Source: a virus (taxonomy: Duplodnaviria > Caudoviricetes). From it: DNA of 64,000 bases. Position 1 is the stretch's first letter. Each line of letters begins with the position of its first letter. Location of the stretch: the IMG/VR virus record IMGVR_UViG_3300033120_000868, positions 32,001 to 96,000 of that record; one strand, written 5' to 3'. A model generated the notes under the pieces. That model was given only the letters and a program-made list of their open reading frames with translations, was not told the DNA's origin and did no database searches. The translations under genes and the position numbers were made by a program. Positions 1 to 7,906 of the stretch are shown here, one piece after another.

Positions 1-212
1 CTTGTATTTCCATTTAAATATTTTATCTTTCTGTTTACATAACTTATACTTTCATAAACTATACATCCCGAAAAAAGAAATACAATCATTATTAAAGTCA
101 TATTTATAGCTACTCTTAAATTATCAATAATTTGTCCAACTACTACAATAACTATAAATATACCACAAGCTGTAAACAACCAATTGGCAAACCTATCTAT
201 AAATTTTTCCAT
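1..212 (-). CDS. Small membrane protein, truncated at window edge
   Basis: Manual translation from ATG at 212: MEKFIDRFANWLFTACGIFIVIVVVGQIIDNLRVAINMTLIMIVFLFSGCIVYES..., two hydrophobic segments, no stop before base 1; -7 box just upstream. Confidence 0.6.
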   Translation of the reverse strand, partial: MEKFIDRFANWLFTACGIFIVIVVVGQIIDNLRVAINMTLIMIVFLFSGCIVYESISYVNRKIKYLNGNT

Positions 213-231
213 ATTCTATATTTTTATTCTG

Positions 232-263
232 CAAATATACAAAAAGATTTTGACATTTACAAA
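232..263 (-). promoter_or_regulatory. Bacteroidota sigma-ABfr-type promoter
   Basis: Minus-strand TATATTTG (239-232) matches the TAnnTTTG -7 consensus, with TTTG (263-260) upstream. Confidence 0.6.
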
Positions 264-658
264 CTTTTTCTTAATATTTTTTGCCCACCTTCAAAAACAA
301 AAGTAAAACCGTACTTTTCTAATCTCTGATAAATATCTCTTCTTCTACTATCTGCCCAATGAATACAAGTGTATTGTTTCTTATTGAAAGGATTTCCATA
401 AAACTCAGGAAAATTAAAAACAGCTTCTTTTACCCACATTAATGCCTTAACCCCTCCTTTAGATTTGTAATCTTTATCTTCAAATATATCTATATGTTTT
501 CTCTTTTTGCCCGAAGAAACAGCAACCCAAAATCTATCTGCTTTAAGAGTTTTATAAACAGAAATCAATACAACATACGTATCACCATTAAATTCTTTTG
601 ATGTTGCATATAGTTCATATCCTGATTCTCTGTCTCTTTCTTTTAAGCCCCATTCCAT
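257..658 (-). CDS. Hypothetical protein (possibly degenerate GNAT-like fold)
   Basis: 133 aa ORF in tandem with RNase H; C-terminal RRRDIYQRLEKYGF only weakly suggests GNAT. Confidence 0.6.
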   Translation of the reverse strand: MEWGLKERDRESGYELYATSKEFNGDTYVVLISVYKTLKADRFWVAVSSGKKRKHIDIFEDKDYKSKGGVKALMWVKEAVFNFPEFYGNPFNKKQYTCIHWADSRRRDIYQRLEKYGFTFVFEGGQKILRKSL

Positions 659-663
659 AGTTT

Positions 664-1053
664 TTATTTTAGACCAAAATCAGCAGGAATTTCTCCCCAA
701 CTTTTTGTAATCCATTTTTCAATATTTTCAAACTTATTGTTTTTAAGAAACTCTTCAGCTTTCTTAATTCTTGGTTCAATATATTGATTAGTATAACTCG
801 AATTAGATTTTTTATTTCTAACCCAAGATATTGCTGTAACAGAGTCTGAATAAATAGGTAAGTTTGAGTTTATAGTATTTCTATAATGAATAGCATTACA
901 AATAGCTAAAAACTCTGCTATATTATTTGTAGCTTCTCCAATATCATATCTAAATAACTCTTTTCCTGTTTCTATATCAACTCCTCTATAATAAGCTTGC
1001 CCAGGATTTCCTGAACAGCCTCCGTCAACCGATATTCCTTTTGTTGGTCTCAT
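664..1053 (-). CDS. rnhA: Ribonuclease HI
   Basis: ISVDGGCSGNPG, TNNIAEFLAI, IYSDS..AISWV, WGEIPADFG motifs; start moved to ATG 1053 because the upstream TTG overlaps the promoter. Confidence 0.92.
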   Translation of the reverse strand: MRPTKGISVDGGCSGNPGQAYYRGVDIETGKELFRYDIGEATNNIAEFLAICNAIHYRNTINSNLPIYSDSVTAISWVRNKKSNSSYTNQYIEPRIKKAEEFLKNNKFENIEKWITKSWGEIPADFGLK

Positions 1054-1071
1054 TTTATTAGTTTTAAAATG

Positions 1072-1079
1072 CAAATATA
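1072..1079 (-). promoter_or_regulatory. -7 promoter box for RNase H
   Basis: Minus-strand TATATTTG ending 19 nt upstream of the ATG. Confidence 0.6.
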
Positions 1080-1156
1080 GTAATAAAAATTAAATTATGC
1101 AAGTAAAATAAGCTTTTTATTTCACCATGCCAAAAATTACCACCTACTATAGCATA

Positions 1157-2083
1157 CTAATTGTTTTTTCCGTTAATCCAAAAATCAATCATATCAAATT
1201 CTAAATAAGGCTTTTTCTTATACACCTCTTTAACAGTAGATATTTCATTTAAAATAATAGTATTATCAACAGTTTTTTCTGAAACAACTATCTCCTCTTT
1301 AATAGATAATGTTTCAAAAGAAGAAGTTTGTTCTTCTACTAACCAACCATTCCTGTAAGTTATTTTATTACTTAAAGTAAAGTATTTTTTTAATTGTAAA
1401 TACTCTGAATAAGTTGCTTTTTGAACTTTTTTAAACTCTCTTTTTGTTTTTATAAATCCTTTTTCGCGCAATTTTTTCTTGTAGTAAGCACCACTAGATT
1501 TTATATCGCGTATTTTATTATCTTCACTATGTTTTAAATCTCCAAAACCTTGTAATGACAGAACAATTTTCTCGTTTACCTCTAAGTTATCTCCAAATTT
1601 ATTTTCATAATATTTAGAAAGTCTTTTAGAGCCGTATGCAATTATTTCACTTCGAGTCTGTTTCTTTTCAATTTGAGTTTTTTGAGTTTTTTCCATAGAG
1701 AAAACCCTAACAGCTAAAGAATTATAAGCTGTATCTGTTAAATTTACACCAATTTTTATTGGAAGTAATTTATTATTATATTGTTTTTTTAATTTTTGAT
1801 TTCCAACTAAAACAAAATCTCCATTTTTATCAATAAAACAAAGTCCCATATTAATTAACATAGGAACATATTTTTCAATTGTATGTAAAGTAAGATTTGT
1901 TTTCGCGCGTAATAAAGAATAACCACTAATAAATTTTCTATTCTTAGAGGTATATGCATAGTATTTAACTTCACCATCACGAGAAGTCTTTAAAACAGAA
2001 TAAACAGCAATAAGCTTATCTCCACCCTCTTTAAAGAGAGAAGAGTAAAGTTTTGAACTGATTCTTGCTGTTTTATTACTCAT
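1157..2083 (-). CDS. Basic winged-helix DNA-binding protein (possible replication initiator or regulator)
   Basis: 308 aa, Lys-rich, HTH-like LRAKTNLTLHTIEKYVPMLINMGL followed by a wing; structured 5' leader. Confidence 0.5.
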   Translation of the reverse strand: MSNKTARISSKLYSSLFKEGGDKLIAVYSVLKTSRDGEVKYYAYTSKNRKFISGYSLLRAKTNLTLHTIEKYVPMLINMGLCFIDKNGDFVLVGNQKLKKQYNNKLLPIKIGVNLTDTAYNSLAVRVFSMEKTQKTQIEKKQTRSEIIAYGSKRLSKYYENKFGDNLEVNEKIVLSLQGFGDLKHSEDNKIRDIKSSGAYYKKKLREKGFIKTKREFKKVQKATYSEYLQLKKYFTLSNKITYRNGWLVEEQTSSFETLSIKEEIVVSEKTVDNTIILNEISTVKEVYKKKPYLEFDMIDFWINGKNN

Positions 2084-2094
2084 AGTATTAAATG

Positions 2095-2210
2095 CGAAAA
2101 GACCTAAAACACAAAAACCTTTCCTGAAGTAGTGAGGGAAAAGTTCTTTTGATGTGTTTTAAGCCTTTCGTCTTAAAAATATTTTTTAATCGTCAATAGC
2201 TCACTACTTC
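2095..2210 (-). promoter_or_regulatory. 5' leader pseudoknot (hairpin loop with 11-bp distal pairing)
   Basis: Imperfect hairpin 2095-2170; its loop GAAGTAGTGAG (2126-2136) is the exact reverse complement of CTCACTACTTC (2200-2210). Confidence 0.65.
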
Positions 2211-2426
2211 TATATTAGATTACCGATATGTCTTTTTTAACGTCCACTATAAAAGCTAAATGAATTATAAGGGACGGATTGTTTAAACTACAATTCTAAA
2301 GTTAAAATAACCTTACTCATCCTGAGCGTATTCTTGCACCTGTATATGAGGGGACTCTTTTTAAATTTACACAAAACACATATTGCGATTCGCGATTTCC
2401 TTCCTGCAAATGCGGGATGAACTTAG

Positions 2427-2498
2427 TTGATTTAAAAGGATTTGAACCTCTACTAAATGCGTCAAAGGCATTTGTGCTAACCGTTACACTATAAATCA
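2427..2498 (-). tRNA. tRNA-Gln(UUG)
   Basis: Cloverleaf: acceptor TGATTTA/TAAATCA, D arm GTG-TAACGGTTAG-CAC, anticodon AATGC-CT TTG AC-GCATT, T arm AGAGG-TTCAAAT-CCTTT; CCA not encoded. Confidence 0.9.
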
Positions 2499-2777
2499 AT
2501 AAAACCTAACTCCGTAAGTTAGAAGCGTATCTTTAGGTAATACGTTTGCAAGAATAAATCTTTGACCAAGTTCTTCGCAATTTTCGCGCGAACAAAATAA
2601 AAAAGAATCAGGATTACAGCCTCGGTAGAACAACCAACTCCTGAAAACCAACAGATACTATCTTGTTGAGATGATACCGATTAAATCGTAGTTAAGTCCA
2701 TATTTTTAAACTTCAGTTCCGCCTAAAATAATATCACCAATAATAAAATCGCTTTTCATATCTAATTATTTAAAGCA

Positions 2778-2809
2778 CAAAGATACAAAAAGTATTTTAA
2801 TTGTGCAAA
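2778..2809 (-). promoter_or_regulatory. Bacteroidota-type promoter for the tRNA/ncRNA region
   Basis: Minus-strand TATCTTTG (2785-2778) and TTTG (2809-2806). Confidence 0.6.
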
Positions 2810-2903
2810 TACTTTAATAAAAATTTAACTTTTCTATTCAAGCCCGCTGTCTACGAATTGAAGGTAACTGACCTGCTTAAAACAGAATAATTAAATTATG
2901 ATG

Positions 2904-2942
2904 CAAATATACAACAAATAATCGAGACCACCAAATAAGTTA
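2904..2942 (-). promoter_or_regulatory. TAACTAATTT-class promoter (leftward)
   Basis: Minus-strand TAACTTATTT (2942-2933), TATATTTG starting 31 bp later (2911-2904). Confidence 0.65.
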
Positions 2943-2973
2943 AATATTTTTTCACATTTAGTTAAATATCTGT

Positions 2974-3012
2974 TAATTAATTTGCATGTTAAATTTTAAT
3001 TTCGTATATTTG
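2974..3012 (+). promoter_or_regulatory. TAACTAATTT-class promoter at start of virion module
   Basis: TAATTAATTTG at 2974; TATATTTG at 3005 (31 bp offset). Confidence 0.7.
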
Positions 3013-3029
3013 CAGAATAATAATTAAAG

Positions 3030-3248
3030 ATGCGACTTACATATAATGAATTTTACGAGCAATTGTGGGGAAATATATCAGATAATATAGTGTCTGAAGA
3101 GTTTTTAAATTCTAACCCTGAGTATATTGACGCACTTACTTTTGAGCTGTATCGTATGTATGATATGGATGAAACTTTACAATTTACAACTTTAAGAAGA
3201 TTAACAGAGAGTTTTTTCTTCACTTTATTCAGATTAAAACCAATTTAA
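3030..3248 (+). CDS. Hypothetical protein
   Basis: 72 aa ORF directly after promoter. Confidence 0.7.
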   Translation: MRLTYNEFYEQLWGNISDNIVSEEFLNSNPEYIDALTFELYRMYDMDETLQFTTLRRLTESFFFTLFRLKPI

Positions 3249-3251
3249 AAT

Positions 3252-3620
3252 ATGGCGGATAAAAACATTCCAGCAATAAATGGAATACCTTATAAAAGTG
3301 ATTTAGATAAAATAGAAAAGATTCTAACTATTTATTCAATTGTAAAAGAGATTAAATTCCGCGATTTTGAAAAGGATGTTTTAAAGTATTATTTAGTTTA
3401 CGGTTACAATAAAGAAACTCAAGAAATGATAATGGAAGACCTTGGAAAGTCAGACGTTAATATAAGAGTTACGGATACATGGCTTAGAAAGAATGGCTTT
3501 TTAAATCTCGGAGTAAACAATAAACGAAAATCTTCACTTTCAAAAGATATGGAAATGATGAGAAAGGATTTTATCTTAGATAAAAAAGATGTATATGCTT
3601 TAATTTTTAAAAGAGAATGA
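3252..3620 (+). CDS. Putative winged-helix protein
   Basis: IMEDLGKSDVNIRVTDTWLRKNGFL resembles an HTH recognition helix plus wing. Confidence 0.55.
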   Translation: MADKNIPAINGIPYKSDLDKIEKILTIYSIVKEIKFRDFEKDVLKYYLVYGYNKETQEMIMEDLGKSDVNIRVTDTWLRKNGFLNLGVNNKRKSSLSKDMEMMRKDFILDKKDVYALIFKRE

Positions 3621-4039
3621 CATTCACAGAAGATATAGTTGATGAGTGGGAAAAGAGAACAGGAAAACCTCGCGAACTTTTAGAGGAAATGTTAAGGATA
3701 CATGCTGACTATATTTATGATAAAGCTGTAAACGACCCCGAAGCATATAGATTAAAACTTCCACACTTAGCATTATTAAATTTTAATTTTTTTGCTTCAG
3801 ATGTTGGAAGGGTAAATTACAAAGACGATGAACCTCTTTTAAAATCAATACAACAAAAAAGAATAAATTTAATAAAAGATTTTACAACAGATGAAGTTAA
3901 TTTTTTACAACCGCAATGTTTAACAGATGAATTGAAGGCGGATAAGAGATACATAAGAAAGATATATTTTAAAATGAAAGAGTTTTATGACAGAATGGCA
4001 GAAAGAAGTAATGAAAAAGCTAAGGAATATTATTCTTAG
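3617..4039 (+). CDS. Divergent HU/IHF-like protein
   Basis: N-terminal two helices then LKLPHLALL strand as in HU; such genes occur near terminase in crAss-like phages. Confidence 0.45.
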   Translation: MTFTEDIVDEWEKRTGKPRELLEEMLRIHADYIYDKAVNDPEAYRLKLPHLALLNFNFFASDVGRVNYKDDEPLLKSIQQKRINLIKDFTTDEVNFLQPQCLTDELKADKRYIRKIYFKMKEFYDRMAERSNEKAKEYYS

Positions 4040-4298
4040 CAGACAGAATTACAAGAAAAATAATATATTAACACTCGAACAGCAACAACGGCTTAAAATT
4101 TGCAAGAGTTGCCCACTGAACTCAGATAACAAAAAAGTTAAGAGTTTTCGAGATAAAATTTTTATAAAACTAAATAAGTTTTTTGATTTTTTATTTGATA
4201 TAAAAGTAACAGAAGAAGCAATATGCACAGAGTGTGGTTGTAATTTAATACATAAAACAAGTCAAACAGAAGAAAATTGCCCAAAGAAAAAATGGTAG
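3987..4298 (+). CDS. Small Cys-rich Zn-binding protein
   Basis: RLKICKSCP...CTECGC...CPKKKW; true start may be a downstream Met. Confidence 0.7.
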   Translation: MTEWQKEVMKKLRNIILSRQNYKKNNILTLEQQQRLKICKSCPLNSDNKKVKSFRDKIFIKLNKFFDFLFDIKVTEEAICTECGCNLIHKTSQTEENCPKKKW

Positions 4299-4564
4299 AA
4301 AATATTTACATTAAAAAAGGAGAGACCTTTGAGAAGAAAGTGTTTTTTGAAGGATTAGATTATTTACGTTCAAAAACATCTTGTGGCTGTACAGCGACAA
4401 AAGAAGTAGAAGTAAAAAAAGAAGGTTTTGAAGTTACAATATCTTATAAAGGAAGTAAAATAGGAAAAGTAAATCAATGGATTAAGTTTTTAGTCACTAA
4501 AAGAGGAGAAAATAACCCGTATGAAATTATGTTAAACTTAAAAGGAGAGGTAAGTGAATTATAA
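4277..4564 (+). CDS. DUF1573-like Ig-fold protein
   Basis: TSCGCT motif with beta-rich pattern; probable start at MVENIY. Confidence 0.55.
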   Translation: MPKEKMVENIYIKKGETFEKKVFFEGLDYLRSKTSCGCTATKEVEVKKEGFEVTISYKGSKIGKVNQWIKFLVTKRGENNPYEIMLNLKGEVSEL

Positions 4565-4760
4565 AAATATAGGATTAAGAGACTTTGGAAAATTTGCAGA
4601 AATGTTTTCAAAGGTAGAAAATGGATATTCTTTAGGAGAAACATTTTATGCAGTTTTAAGAGCAACAAAAGTAACAACAATTAACGAATTGATGCAAAAG
4701 TCTGATGAAGAAATTGCCTCATCAATAAATAAAGCTTTATACGAAGAAGATGGACAGTAA
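4554..4760 (+). CDS. Hypothetical protein
   Basis: 68 aa, overlaps both neighbours in an operon. Confidence 0.7.
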   Translation: MNYKNIGLRDFGKFAEMFSKVENGYSLGETFYAVLRATKVTTINELMQKSDEEIASSINKALYEEDGQ

Positions 4761-5169
4761 TCAACTATTATTAGAAAAAATTATAAAAGACTTTAATGAT
4801 TATCAAGCATTTGAAAAAATCGCTGAAGAAAAAATTAAAGCAGGGCAGAATAGAGAACAACTAAAAGACCTAACAGAAGAAGCAATAGAAGAACATTCAA
4901 ATAAAATATTGGATTCTGTTTTAGTATCTTCTGACTCAAGACTACGCTTTGAAAACTTAATGTACTTAATTCAAGTGTATGTAGAAATCGGCGGAGAAAA
5001 AATTCCAAAAGAAATAGAAGAATACTACAACAAAAACCTAAAATTTAAAGCTAAAAAAATATTCGTTTTAGAAAAGAACACCCTCATTCCAACAGATGAA
5101 ACATTATTGCAAGATGCAAGAAACCAATTAAAACAAAGATTTAATTTCAACCAAGCCTCCAAACAATAG
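4750..5169 (+). CDS. Hypothetical helical protein
   Basis: 139 aa ORF before terminase. Confidence 0.75.
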   Translation: MDSNQLLLEKIIKDFNDYQAFEKIAEEKIKAGQNREQLKDLTEEAIEEHSNKILDSVLVSSDSRLRFENLMYLIQVYVEIGGEKIPKEIEEYYNKNLKFKAKKIFVLEKNTLIPTDETLLQDARNQLKQRFNFNQASKQ

Positions 5170-5178
5170 GAGGCTTTT
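5153..5178 (+). terminator. Hairpin/intrinsic terminator before terminase
   Basis: AAGCCTCC-aaacaata-GGAGGCTT then TT. Confidence 0.6.
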
Positions 5179-5191
5179 ACCGTTTTTATAT

Positions 5192-7843
5192 ATGAGTGCA
5201 GAAATAATAAATAGTATTGTAAAGGAAGAGAAAAAACACTTTAAAAAATATAAACAGTATATAGAAACTAATAATTGGGCTTTTTTAGTATGGAATCAAA
5301 AAGGAAAACCTAAGTTAGACACTGATATTAGAAAAGAAGAGTTTAATTTACATAATAATATTATAAACACTATTTTGACACGCCTTAAAGTGGCGGCTAA
5401 AAAAAGTGAAGGAAGTCACCACTTAAAATCTTTTAAAGACTATGTAGGAGAAATAAAAAACCTACTAGAGCTACATAAACAGAGAGCTGAAGAATATATG
5501 TTATCTTCAGACGTGCTTGAGAAATCTAAAGACGATGAATCTTCTGAATTACGTTCAAATGAAATTGATTTCCACAGACATTTACATCAAACTACAGCAA
5601 AAGTTTTAGAGGACTTCAACTCTATGAACTTAAAGCTCGATGACGAGAGGGCTGCTGATGGTATAGAGTTTTATGATAATGTAAAAGCTCCATTATCAAT
5701 GCACAATGTATTAGTTGAGTTATACCCACAGATTCAAAGAACATTAGATGAAATTGGTATTGATTTTACATCTCCGCCTAAAAATGAGATGTTAATTAAT
5801 ATACCTAACCCACCAAAATGGAATACAGATAAACACTACTTTCACCAGGAAAAAGAAACTTTACAGTTTTATGTTGACGAGTTTAAGAAAATTAAAAACG
5901 GGATAAACATAGATGGCGTTTATATTTCAGGGTGGGCTTACTATCATATAAATGTATTTGTAACTCCAATTCCACATAAAGTTTGGAATCCTTTAAAAAG
6001 TGACTATGACTCAGAGGATAAGATTATAAATCCGCCTCTTAGGGACTCAGATTGGATGCTTTTTGAAAATAGAGCTTTACAAGAGAGTACTAAAACTTTG
6101 TTTATGTTTGTTGCTGCTACAAGACGTGCCGCAAAAACAACAGCAGAAGCATCTATGTTAGGTCATGCAGCAACAGTAGGTAAGAAAGAATTACTTTGTG
6201 CAGGCTCTAATGCAAAAGATTTAGGACAGCTCGCAAAAAACTTTAAAACAGACACTCTTTATAAGAATCCTGCTTTTGCAATATATAACGTAGCAAATGA
6301 TTGGAGTAAAAAAATTGAGATAGGTATTAAAACCAAAACTCAAAAAACTATACCTTTATCCACTTTACATATCATTAATACAGATGATGGTAACAATAAA
6401 GAGATATTTGCGGGTTATACTCCTGACCTTGTAGTGATAGATGAGGCTATGAAAAGTAAATTCTTAGAAGCTTTAGAAGGACTTATTCCAGCTATGCAAG
6501 GTAGTGATGGAATGATTAGAGCTTTTGGTATGTTATCAGGAACGGGTGGAACGGAAAAGCTATCTGAAGATGGATATAAATCTTTATCAGACCCAGCTAC
6601 TTATGATATTTTACCTATGCAATGGCAAATACTAGAAAGAGGAGTAGATGAAAAATTTATAACTTGGAGAGAGGATAAAAAGAGACCTTTTGGTACATTT
6701 ATTCCTGGACAGTGTAGAGTAGATATGCCTAAAATAAAAGGTAATTTAGCTGACTACTTAGGAGTAGATTCGCCAACACTTAGAAAGATAAGTATAAATA
6801 TAACTGATTGGGAAAAGTCCGCAGAGATAATTAAAGAGAAAAGAAAAAAGGTAGAAAAAGATAGACTTAAACATCAAAAAGAAGTTGTGTACTGTCCTAC
6901 TAAACCTTCAGAAATATTTATGTCAGGAGCTTTAAACCCATTTCCTGTAGAAGAATTAAAAAGAAGAAGAGAAGAGCTTTTAGAAAAAGGAGATACAGGT
7001 AAAAAAGTAACTCTTATACAAGACAATACAGGTAAGATATCTTATGAACTTTCCAACAAAGAATTAGCAGGATATCCACATCCAGGAGGTTTTATTGATG
7101 CTCCAATAGTTTTGTATGAAGAACTTCCTGAAGTTACCCCTCCAACCCATTTATATGTAGCAGGATTTGACGACTATAAACAAGATGAATCAGATACAGA
7201 TTCTGTTGGTTCTTTTCACATCTATAAAGTAAATATTGGAATGGATGAATGGTGTGGAAGAATAGTAGCTTCTTTAGCTACAAGACCTGACCCTCACGGA
7301 AAACTACATAGACAAATATTCTTATTACAACAGGCTTTTAATGCTAAATGTTTTATGGAGAATGCCGATGATAAGTACAAACAATATTTAGAGACTAAAC
7401 GTGTAGCCGATTTATGGTTATATGAGTCAATTGACTTTAAAGGGGATATTACTCAGAAAGCGACTAATAAAAGAAGGTACGGTTGGACTCCAACTCCTCA
7501 AAACATCAGATTCTTAAAGAACTTAGTTATAAACTACACTAAAGAAGAGTTTACAATTTTAAATGAGGACGGAGATGAGATAACAGTTTTAGGTGCTCAA
7601 AGAATAAATGATTTAACTCTTATTCAAGAGATGATTGATTACAGAGAATCTGCCAATGTGGATAGAATGACCTCCTTCATGTCTTGCCTAGGTATTGAAT
7701 ATTACTTATATACAAATTGGCTATTACCAAAACCTGATTGGGAAAAACAAAGGAAAGTTCAAGAAAAACTTAAACCAAAAACAGAGAAAAATCTAGCTCA
7801 AAGAATGTACGGAGGTAGTGTTGGAAAAAGGCGTATTTTTTAA
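5192..7843 (+). CDS. terL: Terminase large subunit with long N-terminal extension
   Basis: Walker A TRRAAKT, Walker B VVIDEA, GTGG motif, nuclease AGFDDY...DS.GS and C-terminal DRM; upstream of portal. Confidence 0.92.
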   Translation: MSAEIINSIVKEEKKHFKKYKQYIETNNWAFLVWNQKGKPKLDTDIRKEEFNLHNNIINTILTRLKVAAKKSEGSHHLKSFKDYVGEIKNLLELHKQRAEEYMLSSDVLEKSKDDESSELRSNEIDFHRHLHQTTAKVLEDFNSMNLKLDDERAADGIEFYDNVKAPLSMHNVLVELYPQIQRTLDEIGIDFTSPPKNEMLINIPNPPKWNTDKHYFHQEKETLQFYVDEFKKIKNGINIDGVYISGWAYYHINVFVTPIPHKVWNPLKSDYDSEDKIINPPLRDSDWMLFENRALQESTKTLFMFVAATRRAAKTTAEASMLGHAATVGKKELLCAGSNAKDLGQLAKNFKTDTLYKNPAFAIYNVANDWSKKIEIGIKTKTQKTIPLSTLHIINTDDGNNKEIFAGYTPDLVVIDEAMKSKFLEALEGLIPAMQGSDGMIRAFGMLSGTGGTEKLSEDGYKSLSDPATYDILPMQWQILERGVDEKFITWREDKKRPFGTFIPGQCRVDMPKIKGNLADYLGVDSPTLRKISINITDWEKSAEIIKEKRKKVEKDRLKHQKEVVYCPTKPSEIFMSGALNPFPVEELKRRREELLEKGDTGKKVTLIQDNTGKISYELSNKELAGYPHPGGFIDAPIVLYEELPEVTPPTHLYVAGFDDYKQDESDTDSVGSFHIYKVNIGMDEWCGRIVASLATRPDPHGKLHRQIFLLQQAFNAKCFMENADDKYKQYLETKRVADLWLYESIDFKGDITQKATNKRRYGWTPTPQNIRFLKNLVINYTKEEFTILNEDGDEITVLGAQRINDLTLIQEMIDYRESANVDRMTSFMSCLGIEYYLYTNWLLPKPDWEKQRKVQEKLKPKTEKNLAQRMYGGSVGKRRIF

Positions 7844-7879
7844 CTAATTTGGTAAAGATGTTAAAAATTAGTAATTTTG
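7841..7879 (+). promoter_or_regulatory. TAACTAATTT-class promoter (portal)
   Basis: TAACTAATTTG 7841; TAATTTTG 7872. Confidence 0.75.
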
Positions 7880-7906
7880 CACTTAATTTATTTTTAAACA
7901 AACGAG

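Noticed and set aside
2317-2499. 60-aa minus-strand ORF
   Set aside because: Overlaps the tRNA; non-ATG start
2316-2680. tRNA-associated HDV-like (theta) ribozyme
   Set aside because: No G-started P1 at the tRNA 3' end and no P3/L3/P1.1 or catalytic C pattern in the nearby pseudoknot
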